DNA of 64,000 bases from an uncultured Chlamydiales bacterium (GTDB lineage Bacteria; Chlamydiota; Chlamydiia; Chlamydiales; JAAKFR01). The stretch lies in NCBI GenBank assembly GCA_963699155.1, contig OY969414.1:555757-619756 (forward strand), given 5' to 3'. The translations under genes were made by a program, and so were the position numbers. The stretch's first letter is position 1; every line of letters starts with the position of its first letter. The notes below the pieces were generated by a model, which worked only from the letters and a program-made list of their open reading frames with translations, was not told where the DNA came from and ran no database searches. Below, in pieces: positions 39,142-48,581 of this stretch.

Positions 39142-40849
39142 ACTTCTTATTTTAGTTTTGTTTTTTGTTTGTGCGGCTGGTTTTGCTGAGGAGCTTTCGA
39201 TAGAGGAAAGTGCTGTGTTGAACCGCTTTTTTCTGGTGTTGGTCCGTGATTCTGAAGCTGGATACGTTCTTCTAAATAAAAAACCGGTTTCGATTGTTGG
39301 TTTTTATAGAAAGGATCCTTTTTTAGTAGGCTCTGAATTGCATAAGCAATCGGTTGCTTTGAAAGAGGGAGCCCTGCTTTGGAACAAATTGGAGATAGAT
39401 AATCAGGATATCGTGATAAGAGTGTCTGGCAAGGAAGACCCACTAATCACTAATTGGATCCATGTCCTGACGATTAATCGTTCTCTTTTTCGCGAAGTTG
39501 TTAACAAGAGCCTGAGTCTATTTCAATATGTCTTAGGTCCAAGGGTGACTGCTGATACGCTTTTGGAAGCGCTCTGTTCGGGGCAGACTTATCATTCATT
39601 GCTAAAGGGCGATAAGGTGCTAATAGGAACGATTTTGGGCTTTGGCGAAAGGAATGCGCTTTATGTCAGCCGGATTGAAAATCTGGATGAAACCTCAGAA
39701 ACTCCCCCTTTTTTAAATGCCAAACGGGTGAAAAGAGAATACGAAAATGAATTTTTACCCTATGAAGCCAGCTTTGGCTTTGAGTCTGTTAAAGAGGAGG
39801 TTGAAGTATTAGTCGAAGAGGTCACCATGCCGTCGGGCAACTTGGTCGAACAAAGCCCTCAATTTGTCTTCGGATTTTTGAGTGAGGAAAGCAAAGGAAT
39901 TGTGGAAGAGTTAGAGGCGACTCAAATTGCTATCCAAGGTTCCTTGAAATCCCCTGGTTTTTTTAATGAGACATTGAAGAGGCTGACCGGTTTAGAATAT
40001 GTCGAAGCTTACCCCAAAGGGTTCTTATTTCAGCTAGAAAGAGAAAAAATTAATTTAGCAGTGGCAAAAGGGCTTTGGGAAGCCTTTCAAGAATATGATA
40101 GGGATTGCTTGATTGCTTTAATTGAAGGTGTGGAAGCGCCCGAGAAAGCTGTTCGTGTAATAGATCACAAGGCATTTTCTCCCTCCTATAGAAGTGAACT
40201 TGTGGTGGCAAAAAAGCATTTAAATTTAACGAATCAACTGTTTTCCTCCTTGAAAAATGAGGCAACTGTCAAATGTCTTATTCCAGGAATGCTTTTTTAC
40301 AGGGTCATTCAAGAGGGAAAAGGATCTGGATCTACTGGTCCTTTTGTTCAATTAACCTACAGTGTATTTACTCCTTTAGGGGAATGTTTAGCACACCAAT
40401 CTCAGCGTCCAATCAATCTGAAAAATACGATTCCTGGCTTTGCAATCGGCGTAAAGGGAATGAAGAATGGAGAAACAAGAGAGATCTATATTCATCCTAG
40501 TTTGGGATATGGTTTTGATGGTTCTTGTAGAGCATTGAAAGTCGTTGTTACAATGCATGAGGGCGATCAAACCGATTTTTCCATTGCAGCTCAACCTTTA
40601 GATTTATCGTTTGTTTTAGATGAAAAAAAGATTTCCGAACGGACCGAGAATTACAAGGCAGCGCTTGCCAAGAAGGGTTCTGAGATAGCCATCCATTTGA
40701 GAAAATGCCCTGAGATAGATTTAAATTTGATTTGTGGGCTGATGCGAAAATTCTACAGCGGTGAGAAAGTTTTTGAAGCGACAAATGAAGTCGAGCAAAA
40801 GTTAATTAATCAGGTGCACTGGAACATCTATTTTGGTGTTAAATTTTGA
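39125..40849 (+). CDS. Secreted protein containing a Mip/FKBP-type PPIase domain
   Basis: Signal peptide; LFYRVIQEGKG...TIPGFAIGVKGMKNGETREIYIHPSLGYG. Confidence 0.8.
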   Translation: MLNGNKLLILVLFFVCAAGFAEELSIEESAVLNRFFLVLVRDSEAGYVLLNKKPVSIVGFYRKDPFLVGSELHKQSVALKEGALLWNKLEIDNQDIVIRVSGKEDPLITNWIHVLTINRSLFREVVNKSLSLFQYVLGPRVTADTLLEALCSGQTYHSLLKGDKVLIGTILGFGERNALYVSRIENLDETSETPPFLNAKRVKREYENEFLPYEASFGFESVKEEVEVLVEEVTMPSGNLVEQSPQFVFGFLSEESKGIVEELEATQIAIQGSLKSPGFFNETLKRLTGLEYVEAYPKGFLFQLEREKINLAVAKGLWEAFQEYDRDCLIALIEGVEAPEKAVRVIDHKAFSPSYRSELVVAKKHLNLTNQLFSSLKNEATVKCLIPGMLFYRVIQEGKGSGSTGPFVQLTYSVFTPLGECLAHQSQRPINLKNTIPGFAIGVKGMKNGETREIYIHPSLGYGFDGSCRALKVVVTMHEGDQTDFSIAAQPLDLSFVLDEKKISERTENYKAALAKKGSEIAIHLRKCPEIDLNLICGLMRKFYSGEKVFEATNEVEQKLINQVHWNIYFGVKF

Positions 40850-41564
40850 AGTCGGAGCCGAGGTAGGTGGCGCGTGCTTCAGGGTGGGAGACAAGCTCTT
40901 CGACCGTGCCTGAAAGGAAGACCTTCCCGGCGCAGATCAGATAGCTGCGGTCGACGATAGAGAAAATTTCGCGCGCATTATGATCGGTGATCAAGACAGT
41001 GATTTTTTTTGCGGCCAGAAGCCTGATAATCTCCTTCACATCGCTGATTGCGATCGGGTCGATATTAGCAAAGGGTTCATCCAGGAGTAAGAAAGAGGGG
41101 TTGGTGACAAGAGCACGGGTGATCTCGAGGCGGCGCCTTTCTCCCCCGGATAGGGCTGAGGCCTTTTTTGTAGCAAGATGTTCGAGATGGAGCTCCTGCA
41201 AGAGAGTAGAAAGCCGATCTTCCCTTTCATATTTGTTGAGAGGCAGCGTTTCCAAAATGCAGAGAATATTCTCTTCGACGGTGAGGCTGCGGAATATGGA
41301 GGGCTCCTGTGCCAGATATCCCATCCCCATTCGGGCACGCTCATCGATCGGTTTCTGGGTAATATCAACCTCTTTAAAAAAGAGCTTTCCCTTATCTGGC
41401 CGGATGAGCCCCATGGTCATGTAGAAGGCGGTTGTTTTTCCAGCTCCGTTGGGACCCAAAAGGCCGACGATCTCACCTTCATGAATTTCAAAGGAGAGTC
41501 CATCGACCACTTTGCGGCCTCCGTAGGACTTTTCAAGATCGAGAACTTTTAGAATGGGCTTCAT
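40839..41564 (-). CDS. lptB: LPS export ABC ATPase
   Basis: GPNGAGKTT, YLAQEPSIF, LSGGERRRLEI, ITDHN. Confidence 0.96.
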   Translation of the reverse strand: MKPILKVLDLEKSYGGRKVVDGLSFEIHEGEIVGLLGPNGAGKTTAFYMTMGLIRPDKGKLFFKEVDITQKPIDERARMGMGYLAQEPSIFRSLTVEENILCILETLPLNKYEREDRLSTLLQELHLEHLATKKASALSGGERRRLEITRALVTNPSFLLLDEPFANIDPIAISDVKEIIRLLAAKKITVLITDHNAREIFSIVDRSYLICAGKVFLSGTVEELVSHPEARATYLGSDFKI

Positions 41565-42274
41565 TTCACCTGAAAACGGTTTTTGATTTTATCGAACTCT
41601 TCTGGACCAAAGACAAAACGGACATCACCGATCCCTTGTACGGTCTCTTTTTGTGTATGGGGATCGCGCTGAGCCCTCACCGATCTTGCAGAAAGCTGCA
41701 TATCGTGAGCCCTGTCATAAAAGAGAACGCGATTTGCTTTTCCTTCGAGGAGCATCACCTGCTCTTGAGGGAAATAATAGACCTCATCAGCGATAGCATA
41801 CTGTGAGGCAGGTTTTTCTGCGGATCCAAAATTGATCAACTTCACATTATCGTAAAGGGTCACTTTGGTGGCTTCTAGAGCCCCATTGATCTCTTGATAA
41901 TCGACACGGGCCCTGTCTGCATAGATCTCGCCCATTGTATCAATGTAGACTACCTGAGGAGTTCCATAAATGAGCCCTGACAGAGTGGTATAGTCGAGAA
42001 AAAGGGAATCGCAGTTCAGCATTCCCCCTTCAGCAAACGTCAGCTGCACATGATGTTTGAGTTCTATCCAGGGAAAGTCGATTTTGGAGCTATTGAGGGG
42101 GTCTTTTTTCAGCACAGCAAGTTCAGCTGTGAGATGGCCCATCGTATTTTCTACAGCGACATTGCCTGTGAGTGTGATCACTTCGCCATCATAGTGTGCT
42201 TCATCGGAGGCAACCATCGTCTCATAAGCAAAAAGCGGTGTGAAAAGGAGTAGCACTACAAGAAGAAACTTCAT
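41561..42274 (-). CDS. LptA/OstA-like periplasmic protein
   Basis: Signal peptide, LTGNV and beta-rich pattern, position upstream of lptB. Confidence 0.55.
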   Translation of the reverse strand: MKFLLVVLLLFTPLFAYETMVASDEAHYDGEVITLTGNVAVENTMGHLTAELAVLKKDPLNSSKIDFPWIELKHHVQLTFAEGGMLNCDSLFLDYTTLSGLIYGTPQVVYIDTMGEIYADRARVDYQEINGALEATKVTLYDNVKLINFGSAEKPASQYAIADEVYYFPQEQVMLLEGKANRVLFYDRAHDMQLSARSVRAQRDPHTQKETVQGIGDVRFVFGPEEFDKIKNRFQVK

Positions 42275-42864
42275 AGCTCCCGCTCCTTCGAATTAAGGAT
42301 AGCCCTCATCTTGTGAGCGAGAAAGTCGAGCTTTTTGCCTTTTAAAGAAAATTCGATGCTTTCGGCCGTTGCAGCCATTAAAGGAGTTCCGTTGTCAATG
42401 GTTTCTGGGGGCTGATGTCCCTCTAATAGATATTTCCAGAGTTTGACCTCTTCTGCCACGAAGAGATGGGTGTTGTAATGATAACAACCCCTGACAGCTT
42501 CTAGGTAGCGAACCTTTTGCATCGGCCTTCCATCTTTGTAAAAAAGCTCCTCCTGCATGATGCAGGTGACATTGGCTAGCTGCTCAATCATTTCGACCTT
42601 ATGATTTTGCCGGAAAAAAAAGAGCTCCGACTCGGGACTGTCGATCAAGATATGGAGGGGAGTATCATCTTGATACCAAATTCTTTTGCGTACCTCTCCC
42701 CTTTTATGTTGGGAGAAGGAAAGAAGCGCTTCGTTCTCAACGGGAGTGCTGCTTTTTACAAGCTCTTGATAGGCGGCTCTCTCCTTCTCACCTGAAGGGA
42801 AAATGGTCCAAGCGAGGCCTAAAGCGAGTGCTAGACCAATGAGGGTGAGATAAAGTCTGAGCAT
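42271..42864 (-). CDS. LptC-like membrane-anchored protein
   Basis: Single N-terminal TM; lies between kdsA and the lptA-like gene. Confidence 0.5.
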   Translation of the reverse strand: MLRLYLTLIGLALALGLAWTIFPSGEKERAAYQELVKSSTPVENEALLSFSQHKRGEVRKRIWYQDDTPLHILIDSPESELFFFRQNHKVEMIEQLANVTCIMQEELFYKDGRPMQKVRYLEAVRGCYHYNTHLFVAEEVKLWKYLLEGHQPPETIDNGTPLMAATAESIEFSLKGKKLDFLAHKMRAILNSKEREL

Positions 42865-43682
42865 GCTTGTGTAGCCTCAAAAATTTTGATCCAGTCATCT
42901 ATCAGACGAGGAAGATCCTCAAAAGCAATTTGGCAAGCCGCGTCACTTTTAGCGATTTGGGGCTCTGGATGCGCCTCCACATAGATCCCTTGGCAACCTG
43001 CAGCCAGGCTTGCTCTGGCAAGTACAGGGATAAATTCTCTCTGTCCTCCGGAACAGCTCCCCTGGCCAGCAGGGAGTTGTACAGAATGAGTGGCATCAAA
43101 AAAGACGGGGAATCCCAATTGCTGCATGATGGGAATCGCCCTCATATCGCTGACCAAATTATTGTAGCCAAAAGAGGTCCCTCTGTCGGTCAGAATGATC
43201 TTTTCATTTCCGGTTGAGAGAATTTTATCCACGGCATAGCGCATGTCCCAGGGGGCCATGAATTGCCCCTTTTTGACATTGATCACAGCCCCTGTTTTGC
43301 CAGCTGCCACGAGTAGGTCAGTTTGGCGGCACAAAAAAGCGGGGATCTGGATCACATCGCAGACTTCAGCTGCTTCACGAGCCTCTTCGGGCGAATGCAC
43401 ATCAGTAAAGACAGGGATGTCAAACTGGTTTTTGACCTTTTCTAAAATTTTGAGCCCCTCCTCTAAACCGGGGCCTCGGAAAGAGTGAACTGAGGTGCGA
43501 TTGGCTTTGTCATAGCTCGCTTTAAAGATGAACTGGACCGGCTTTTTGGAAAATAATTCGGCCAAAAATGCAGCACTGCGGAGGGCATGCTCTTCGCTTT
43601 CGATGACGCAAGGCCCACAGACAACGGTCAAGCGCGCTCCTTGACCTACAAAAAAATCGCTCACAGGCACTTTATGCATCAC
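42831..43682 (-). CDS. kdsA: KDO-8-phosphate synthase
   Basis: GPCVIES, KASYDKANRTS, QIPAFLCRQTDL, KKGQF, DATHSVQ. Confidence 0.97.
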   Translation of the reverse strand: MMHKVPVSDFFVGQGARLTVVCGPCVIESEEHALRSAAFLAELFSKKPVQFIFKASYDKANRTSVHSFRGPGLEEGLKILEKVKNQFDIPVFTDVHSPEEAREAAEVCDVIQIPAFLCRQTDLLVAAGKTGAVINVKKGQFMAPWDMRYAVDKILSTGNEKIILTDRGTSFGYNNLVSDMRAIPIMQQLGFPVFFDATHSVQLPAGQGSCSGGQREFIPVLARASLAAGCQGIYVEAHPEPQIAKSDAACQIAFEDLPRLIDDWIKIFEATQACSDFISPSLV

Positions 43683-44172
43683 ACCACTTCTCCTTGACGA
43701 TCACAACCTCCTCCTGGTGAGGATGGGTGAATTCGTCCATCAATTTTTTCATTTCTATCCCGCTAGGGAGTTTTTCTGCCACATCTCCTAAGGGAGCCAA
43801 AACAAAGAGACGCTCTTGCCAACGGGGATGAGGAACCCTTAAATCATCCGTTTCTACTGAAAGATCGCCAAAAAAAAGCAGATCGAGATCGATTGTCCGC
43901 GGCTCATTTTTAGCTTTCCTCTCTTTGCCCAATTCTCTTTCTAATCTCTGGAGCCATCCCCAGAGCTCTTGCAGAGGCCGATCGGTAAGGAATCTGCAGA
44001 CAGCATTTAGATAGTGGGGTTGAGGGATCGAGCTCACTGGAGAGCTTTTATAGAGCTTGGAGATCGCAAAATTCTGGATACCCTGCAAGCTTTTAAGCTG
44101 AGTCACAGCTTGCTTCATCGCCTCTAAAGTGCCGGCAAGATTTCCCCCTAAAGCCACAAAACAGTCAATCAT
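43672..44172 (-). CDS. folK: Hydroxymethyldihydropterin pyrophosphokinase
   Basis: ALGGNL, YLNAV, PRTIDLDLL, VPHPRWQERLFVLAPL. Confidence 0.94.
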   Translation of the reverse strand: MIDCFVALGGNLAGTLEAMKQAVTQLKSLQGIQNFAISKLYKSSPVSSIPQPHYLNAVCRFLTDRPLQELWGWLQRLERELGKERKAKNEPRTIDLDLLFFGDLSVETDDLRVPHPRWQERLFVLAPLGDVAEKLPSGIEMKKLMDEFTHPHQEEVVIVKEKWCDA

Positions 44173-44302
44173 AGGAGAATAGGATAAAGGATAGGGGTTA
44201 AAAAATAAAAACTTAAAAAAAGATTTTTGAGACGACCCAGAGCTGGTTTCGCCCTTTCCCTAATTTCGCGCTTTCATTATCCTTCAGTTTTGCACTTCCA
44301 GA

Positions 44303-44375
44303 GGACCGATAGCTCAGCGGATAGAGCACCCGCCTTCTAAGCGGGTGGTCGCAGGTTCGAGTCCTGCTCGGTCCG
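44303..44375 (+). tRNA. tRNA-Arg (anticodon TCT)
   Basis: GGACCGA/TCGGTCC acceptor stem, AGCTCAGCGGATAGAGC D arm, CCCGC-CT-TCT-AA-GCGGG anticodon arm, GTTCGAGTC T loop; no encoded CCA. Confidence 0.97.
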
Positions 44376-44389
44376 ACCTCTCTCTAGGA

Positions 44390-44641
44390 CTATGACTGTT
44401 GTTGTTCTTCTTCTTCAAGAATTTCGAGATTCACGCGCATGTTATTACGAGAAGCAACTGACATCAGCAGAGTTCGGATAGCATTGATCGTCTTCCCTCT
44501 CTTACCAATAATCTTACCGATATCAGATTTTTCAACGGAAAGTTCTAAGATGACGGTGTGGGTGCCACCAATTTCTGTGATTTTCACTTGATCTGGATGG
44601 TCAACTAGGTTTTTAACGATATAAGCTACAAAGTCTTTCAT
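44390..44641 (-). CDS. khpA: KH-domain RNA-binding protein
   Basis: IVKNLVDHPD, DIGKIIGKRGKTINAIRT. Confidence 0.93.
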   Translation of the reverse strand: MKDFVAYIVKNLVDHPDQVKITEIGGTHTVILELSVEKSDIGKIIGKRGKTINAIRTLLMSVASRNNMRVNLEILEEEEQQQS

Positions 44642-44717
44642 GGTGCTGTTCCTATATACAAAATCTCGTTTAAACCATATTACAAATATTTCTTTTAATA
44701 GGCTATAGAAAGATTTT

Positions 44718-45164
44718 TTACCCGTTTTTCTCTAAAAGAAAGGTGACTGGGCCATCGTTGACCAGTTCGACCTGCATGAGGGCGCCAAAGATGCCGGTTT
44801 GGACCGGCTTTCCGAAAGATTGGCTAAGCTCTTGGACAAATTTCTCATAGAGGAGAAAGGCTGGCTCCGGCAGAGCAGCCTCGGTGAATTCGGGCCGATT
44901 TCCATTGGTGCAGCTGCCATAGAGAGTAAACTGGCTGACGACGAGGATATCGCCTTGTGTTTGGCGGATATCGAGGTTCATCTTGTCTTGGGAGTCTGCA
45001 AAGATGCGCAGTGCGAGGAGCTTTTTTAGGAGCCAGCTGATCTGCGGAGGGGTGTCATCCTTGTGGATGCCAAGAAAGAGGAGCATTCCGGGGCCAATCT
45101 GACCGCAGATCTGTTCGTTGACAGTCACTTGAGCTTTTTTTACTCTCTGGATTAAAAGTCGCAT
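44718..45164 (-). CDS. dtd: D-aminoacyl-tRNA deacylase
   Basis: QRV, LRIF, VSQFTL, NDGPVT. Confidence 0.96.
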   Translation of the reverse strand: MRLLIQRVKKAQVTVNEQICGQIGPGMLLFLGIHKDDTPPQISWLLKKLLALRIFADSQDKMNLDIRQTQGDILVVSQFTLYGSCTNGNRPEFTEAALPEPAFLLYEKFVQELSQSFGKPVQTGIFGALMQVELVNDGPVTFLLEKNG

Positions 45165-46066
45165 TTGAGTAATTGGGTAAACCGTCTCATATCTTGAGGC
45201 AGTGGAGCTTTAAGCTCAACTTCTACCTGCATCTGGGGGTGAAAAAAGCGCACTTGGTAGGCATGGAGAAGCTGTCTTTGCACTTCCCATTTTTTATTGG
45301 CCTGAGGATTGCCGTAGAGGGGATCACCGAGAATAGGAAAACCGACATGGCGCATATGGACTCTCAGTTGATGCGTTCTTCCCGTGTAGGGGAGTAAACG
45401 GACATAGCTCAGCTGATGATCAAAAGCGAGGGTCTCACATTGGGTGAGCGCAGGCTTGCCTTGATCGACTAGAACTGTCATCTCTTTGCGCCTCAAGGGA
45501 TGGCGTCCGATATTCCCTTCAATCTTACGTGTGCCAGGATTTCCTAAACAGATCGCACGGTACTCTTTGTAGACTTTGCGCTCAGCAAAAGCTTCGACCA
45601 ACTTGCGTTGAGTCATTTCATCTTTCGCAGCGAGAAGCAAACCTGAGGTCTCTTTATCTAAACGATGAACGATTCCAGGTCGCATGTCATTTCCTGGAGC
45701 TTGTTTCCCACAGTGAAAGAGGAGCGCATTGACGAAAGTCCCTGTCCAGTTGCCTACAGCGGGGTGGACCACCATGCCAGCCGGTTTGTTGATGGCGAGT
45801 AGATAGGGATCTTCGTAAACAATATCGAGTGGGATCTCTTCAGGAAGCAGCTTTATCTCAGATGTCAGGGCAAATTCCACTTCGATTTCATCCCCAACCA
45901 CCAGACGGCTTGCCTTTTTGAGAATAGCGCCATTGACCAAGACTAGGTTTTTCTCGATAAGGCCTTGAAAATAGGTCCTGGAGTAGTCAGGAAAGCGGTT
46001 TGCGAGAAGTTTGTCAAGTCGCAGGTCGGCCTCCTCCTCGCCTACGAGGAGAAGATCAGGTTCCAT
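45152..46066 (-). CDS. rluD: RluA/RluD-family pseudouridine synthase
   Basis: S4 domain, NKPAGMVVHP, HRLDKETSG, TGRTHQLRVH. Confidence 0.92.
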   Translation of the reverse strand: MEPDLLLVGEEEADLRLDKLLANRFPDYSRTYFQGLIEKNLVLVNGAILKKASRLVVGDEIEVEFALTSEIKLLPEEIPLDIVYEDPYLLAINKPAGMVVHPAVGNWTGTFVNALLFHCGKQAPGNDMRPGIVHRLDKETSGLLLAAKDEMTQRKLVEAFAERKVYKEYRAICLGNPGTRKIEGNIGRHPLRRKEMTVLVDQGKPALTQCETLAFDHQLSYVRLLPYTGRTHQLRVHMRHVGFPILGDPLYGNPQANKKWEVQRQLLHAYQVRFFHPQMQVEVELKAPLPQDMRRFTQLLKCDF

Positions 46067-46086
46067 AGGTGGTCAAAGGCAGAAAA

Positions 46087-46371
46087 TCAAGTTCCATAAG
46101 TAATCAAAAGCGGAGGATTGTGGTCGAAAGGATAATGGGGAGTCAGCCTCTGAAGAAGGCTGAGGAGATGTTTTTCCAGATCAGAGATCTGATCGACGGA
46201 TGGACATCCATAGAGCGGTTTGCCCAAATATCTGCAGCCACCTTGCTCCAGAACTTGCAGATAGTCCTCTTTGCCAATGAAGAGTGAGATGAGATGGGGA
46301 TTGGCCTTTTTCAATTCACTTTCAAAAAGGTCATCGGGAGCAAATCCAAGAAAGAGTTTCAGATCAAACAT
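46087..46371 (-). CDS. Small hypothetical protein (conserved chlamydial position)
   Basis: 94-aa ORF co-oriented in the parC-rluD operon. Confidence 0.6.
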   Translation of the reverse strand: MFDLKLFLGFAPDDLFESELKKANPHLISLFIGKEDYLQVLEQGGCRYLGKPLYGCPSVDQISDLEKHLLSLLQRLTPHYPFDHNPPLLITYGT

Positions 46372-46377
46372 ATAAAC

Positions 46378-46671
46378 TTAGGGAGCATTCATGCGTATAT
46401 TTTCTGCTGCTTGCTGAGCCCTTCGCATCGAATCTTGCATCTGTTGGAGCATGATCATGCCGAAAGAGGTGATAAAGGTGTTGTAGAGCTTTGTGCCTGC
46501 CTTTTCCCCCAATTTTTGGACGAGCAAGGCTTTTAATTCGCCCAACGTTTTCACAGGTGTTTTGAGGGCCGCTTCCACATCTCCTGAAGAGACGCCTCCT
46601 AGGTCAGATGCACCGAGACCTGGAATGGAAGGCTGAGGCTGCACCCCTCCAGAACCGCTACTACTACTCAT
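46378..46671 (-). CDS. Small hypothetical protein with a Ser/Gly/Pro-rich N-terminus
   Basis: MSSSSGSGGVQPQP start overlapping the parC end; helical C-terminus. Confidence 0.6.
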   Translation of the reverse strand: MSSSSGSGGVQPQPSIPGLGASDLGGVSSGDVEAALKTPVKTLGELKALLVQKLGEKAGTKLYNTFITSFGMIMLQQMQDSMRRAQQAAENIRMNAP

Positions 46672-48577
46672 TGATTTTCCCCTTAACAAGTTTCACTTTT
46701 TTCAACACTTTGTTTGCGATGCGGATTCCTTTTGCGGCCACTCCCTTGATGGGTGTGGAATCCAACGCATATTGGAGATAGGAGATCTTTTGCCGCGCTT
46801 TAGGGACAAACTGGAGCTCCAAAACAATTCCCACATCACTTGATAGGTATTCTAACTTGTGGTCAGGATCTAAGAATAGATATTCTTTATCAAGAATAAA
46901 TTGCTTAATTATAAAGCGTTTAGCATGAGGAAATTGCTTCGAATCGGTGTAGATAACTGTGATCGGGGTGCTCTTATCAGCTCTGCCGATCCAGATTACC
47001 TTCGCTTCTCGGGTGTGAAGATAGTGCTTCTCGGGGATAGAGATGACTTTGTAGGCTCCGTCACTGTAGAGAATGAGAATTTTTTCTAAATTCGAACACT
47101 CAAAGGCAGTAGGGCTAACGACTTTTGTTCCGATAAACCCACTTTCAGGATCGTAACCTACTTTGACGACTTTTTCAGAAATGGCCCGTTTATCCAGCAC
47201 CTCGATCTCTTGGATCTGCGTGCGTCGAGGATAGAGATGTCCATACTTCTTCAAAAGGGCTTGCAGGTACTTGATGGTGAATTTGGTAATGCTTTTAAGG
47301 TTTTTCTCCACTTCCTCCAGCTTCTTACCAAGTAGGGCGATCTCCTCCTGGTTCTTTTCGATGTCAAATCTGGAAATACGGCGAATGGGGATAGCCAGGA
47401 GGCGTTCTCGATCTTCATAGGTGGGAACTCTTGCGAGTTGTGATTGGAAGGGTTTGAGACCTTTTTCAATGGTTTCGTGGATTTTTTCGTAAGTTGAAAC
47501 GTTCTCAATCTGTTTGTAGAGGCGATTTTCGATAAAAATCTGTTCAAGCGTCTTTTCAAAGATCTTTTCGAGAAGGCGATCTCTTTCGAAGATGAGCTCA
47601 GCTTTCAAGAAACTTTGAAGTTGCTCGGTGTTGAGTCTCAAAATCGCATCGACATCAGTTTCCCAGGGTCTTCCATCCTTGATGACGAGCATTTGCGGAT
47701 GGAGCGTCACTTCGCAATCGGTAAAGGCGTAGAGATGGTCAATCGTTTTCTGGGCATACTGTCCGCGTGGAAGTTTGATCTCAATTTCGATCTTTTCGGC
47801 GGTATAATCGTAAATCGCATCGATTTTGATCTTGCCCTTCTTCGCAGCTTCATCGATCGAGCGGATCAACGACTCTGTCGTTGTGCCTGCGCAAATTTCA
47901 CGAATCATGAGCGTCTTTTCGTCGACAGTCTGAATTTTGGCTCGAAGCTTCAGCTTTCCCCGTCCCTTATCATATTCAGAGGGGTCCATGAGTCCACCCG
48001 CCTGGAAGTCGGGGAGAATGTGGAAGGGCTTCTCCTCTAAGATAGCGATCTGTGCTTCCAGCAGTTCACAGAAGTTGTGGGGAAGAATTTTTGTAGCCAT
48101 ACCGACAGCGATTCCTTCTGCTCCTAGAAGCAGTAGAAGAGGGATTTTCGCAGGGAGGATAATGGGTTCTTGAGCTCTTCCATCGTAAGATGGAGAGAAA
48201 GGTGTCAATTGAGGATTAAAGAGGGTCTCTTTAGCCAGTGGGCCGAGCCGTGTTTCGATGTAGCGGGCAGCAGCGTGAGGGTCACCGGTAAAAGGGTTTC
48301 CAAAGTTCCCTTGCGTGTCGAGGAGATAGCTTTTGTTAGCCAAATTGACGAGCGCTTCCACAATAGGAGCGTCGCCATGCGGGTGTAGGGCCATCGTCTG
48401 ACCTGCCACGTTTGCCACCTTGTGTAGCTTCCCGTCATCCATCTGAAAGAGGGTCCACAAGATCCGTCTTTGGACAGGTTTGAGGCCATCTGCGACATCG
48501 GGAATAGCACGATCGAGGATGACGTAAGAGGCGTAACGGAGGTAATTATCTTTAAAAAAATGTTTGAGGTCTTCCAT
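46664..48577 (-). CDS. parC: Topoisomerase IV subunit A (chlamydial GyrA2)
   Basis: DRAIP..DGLKPVQRR, HPHGD, GNFG, AAARYIE. Confidence 0.95.
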   Translation of the reverse strand: MEDLKHFFKDNYLRYASYVILDRAIPDVADGLKPVQRRILWTLFQMDDGKLHKVANVAGQTMALHPHGDAPIVEALVNLANKSYLLDTQGNFGNPFTGDPHAAARYIETRLGPLAKETLFNPQLTPFSPSYDGRAQEPIILPAKIPLLLLLGAEGIAVGMATKILPHNFCELLEAQIAILEEKPFHILPDFQAGGLMDPSEYDKGRGKLKLRAKIQTVDEKTLMIREICAGTTTESLIRSIDEAAKKGKIKIDAIYDYTAEKIEIEIKLPRGQYAQKTIDHLYAFTDCEVTLHPQMLVIKDGRPWETDVDAILRLNTEQLQSFLKAELIFERDRLLEKIFEKTLEQIFIENRLYKQIENVSTYEKIHETIEKGLKPFQSQLARVPTYEDRERLLAIPIRRISRFDIEKNQEEIALLGKKLEEVEKNLKSITKFTIKYLQALLKKYGHLYPRRTQIQEIEVLDKRAISEKVVKVGYDPESGFIGTKVVSPTAFECSNLEKILILYSDGAYKVISIPEKHYLHTREAKVIWIGRADKSTPITVIYTDSKQFPHAKRFIIKQFILDKEYLFLDPDHKLEYLSSDVGIVLELQFVPKARQKISYLQYALDSTPIKGVAAKGIRIANKVLKKVKLVKGKINE

Positions 48578-48581
48578 TAGC

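Noticed and set aside
44200..44390. tRNA-Arg as an island integration site
   Set aside because: No integrase, no duplicated tRNA 3' end noticed, and housekeeping genes on both sides.
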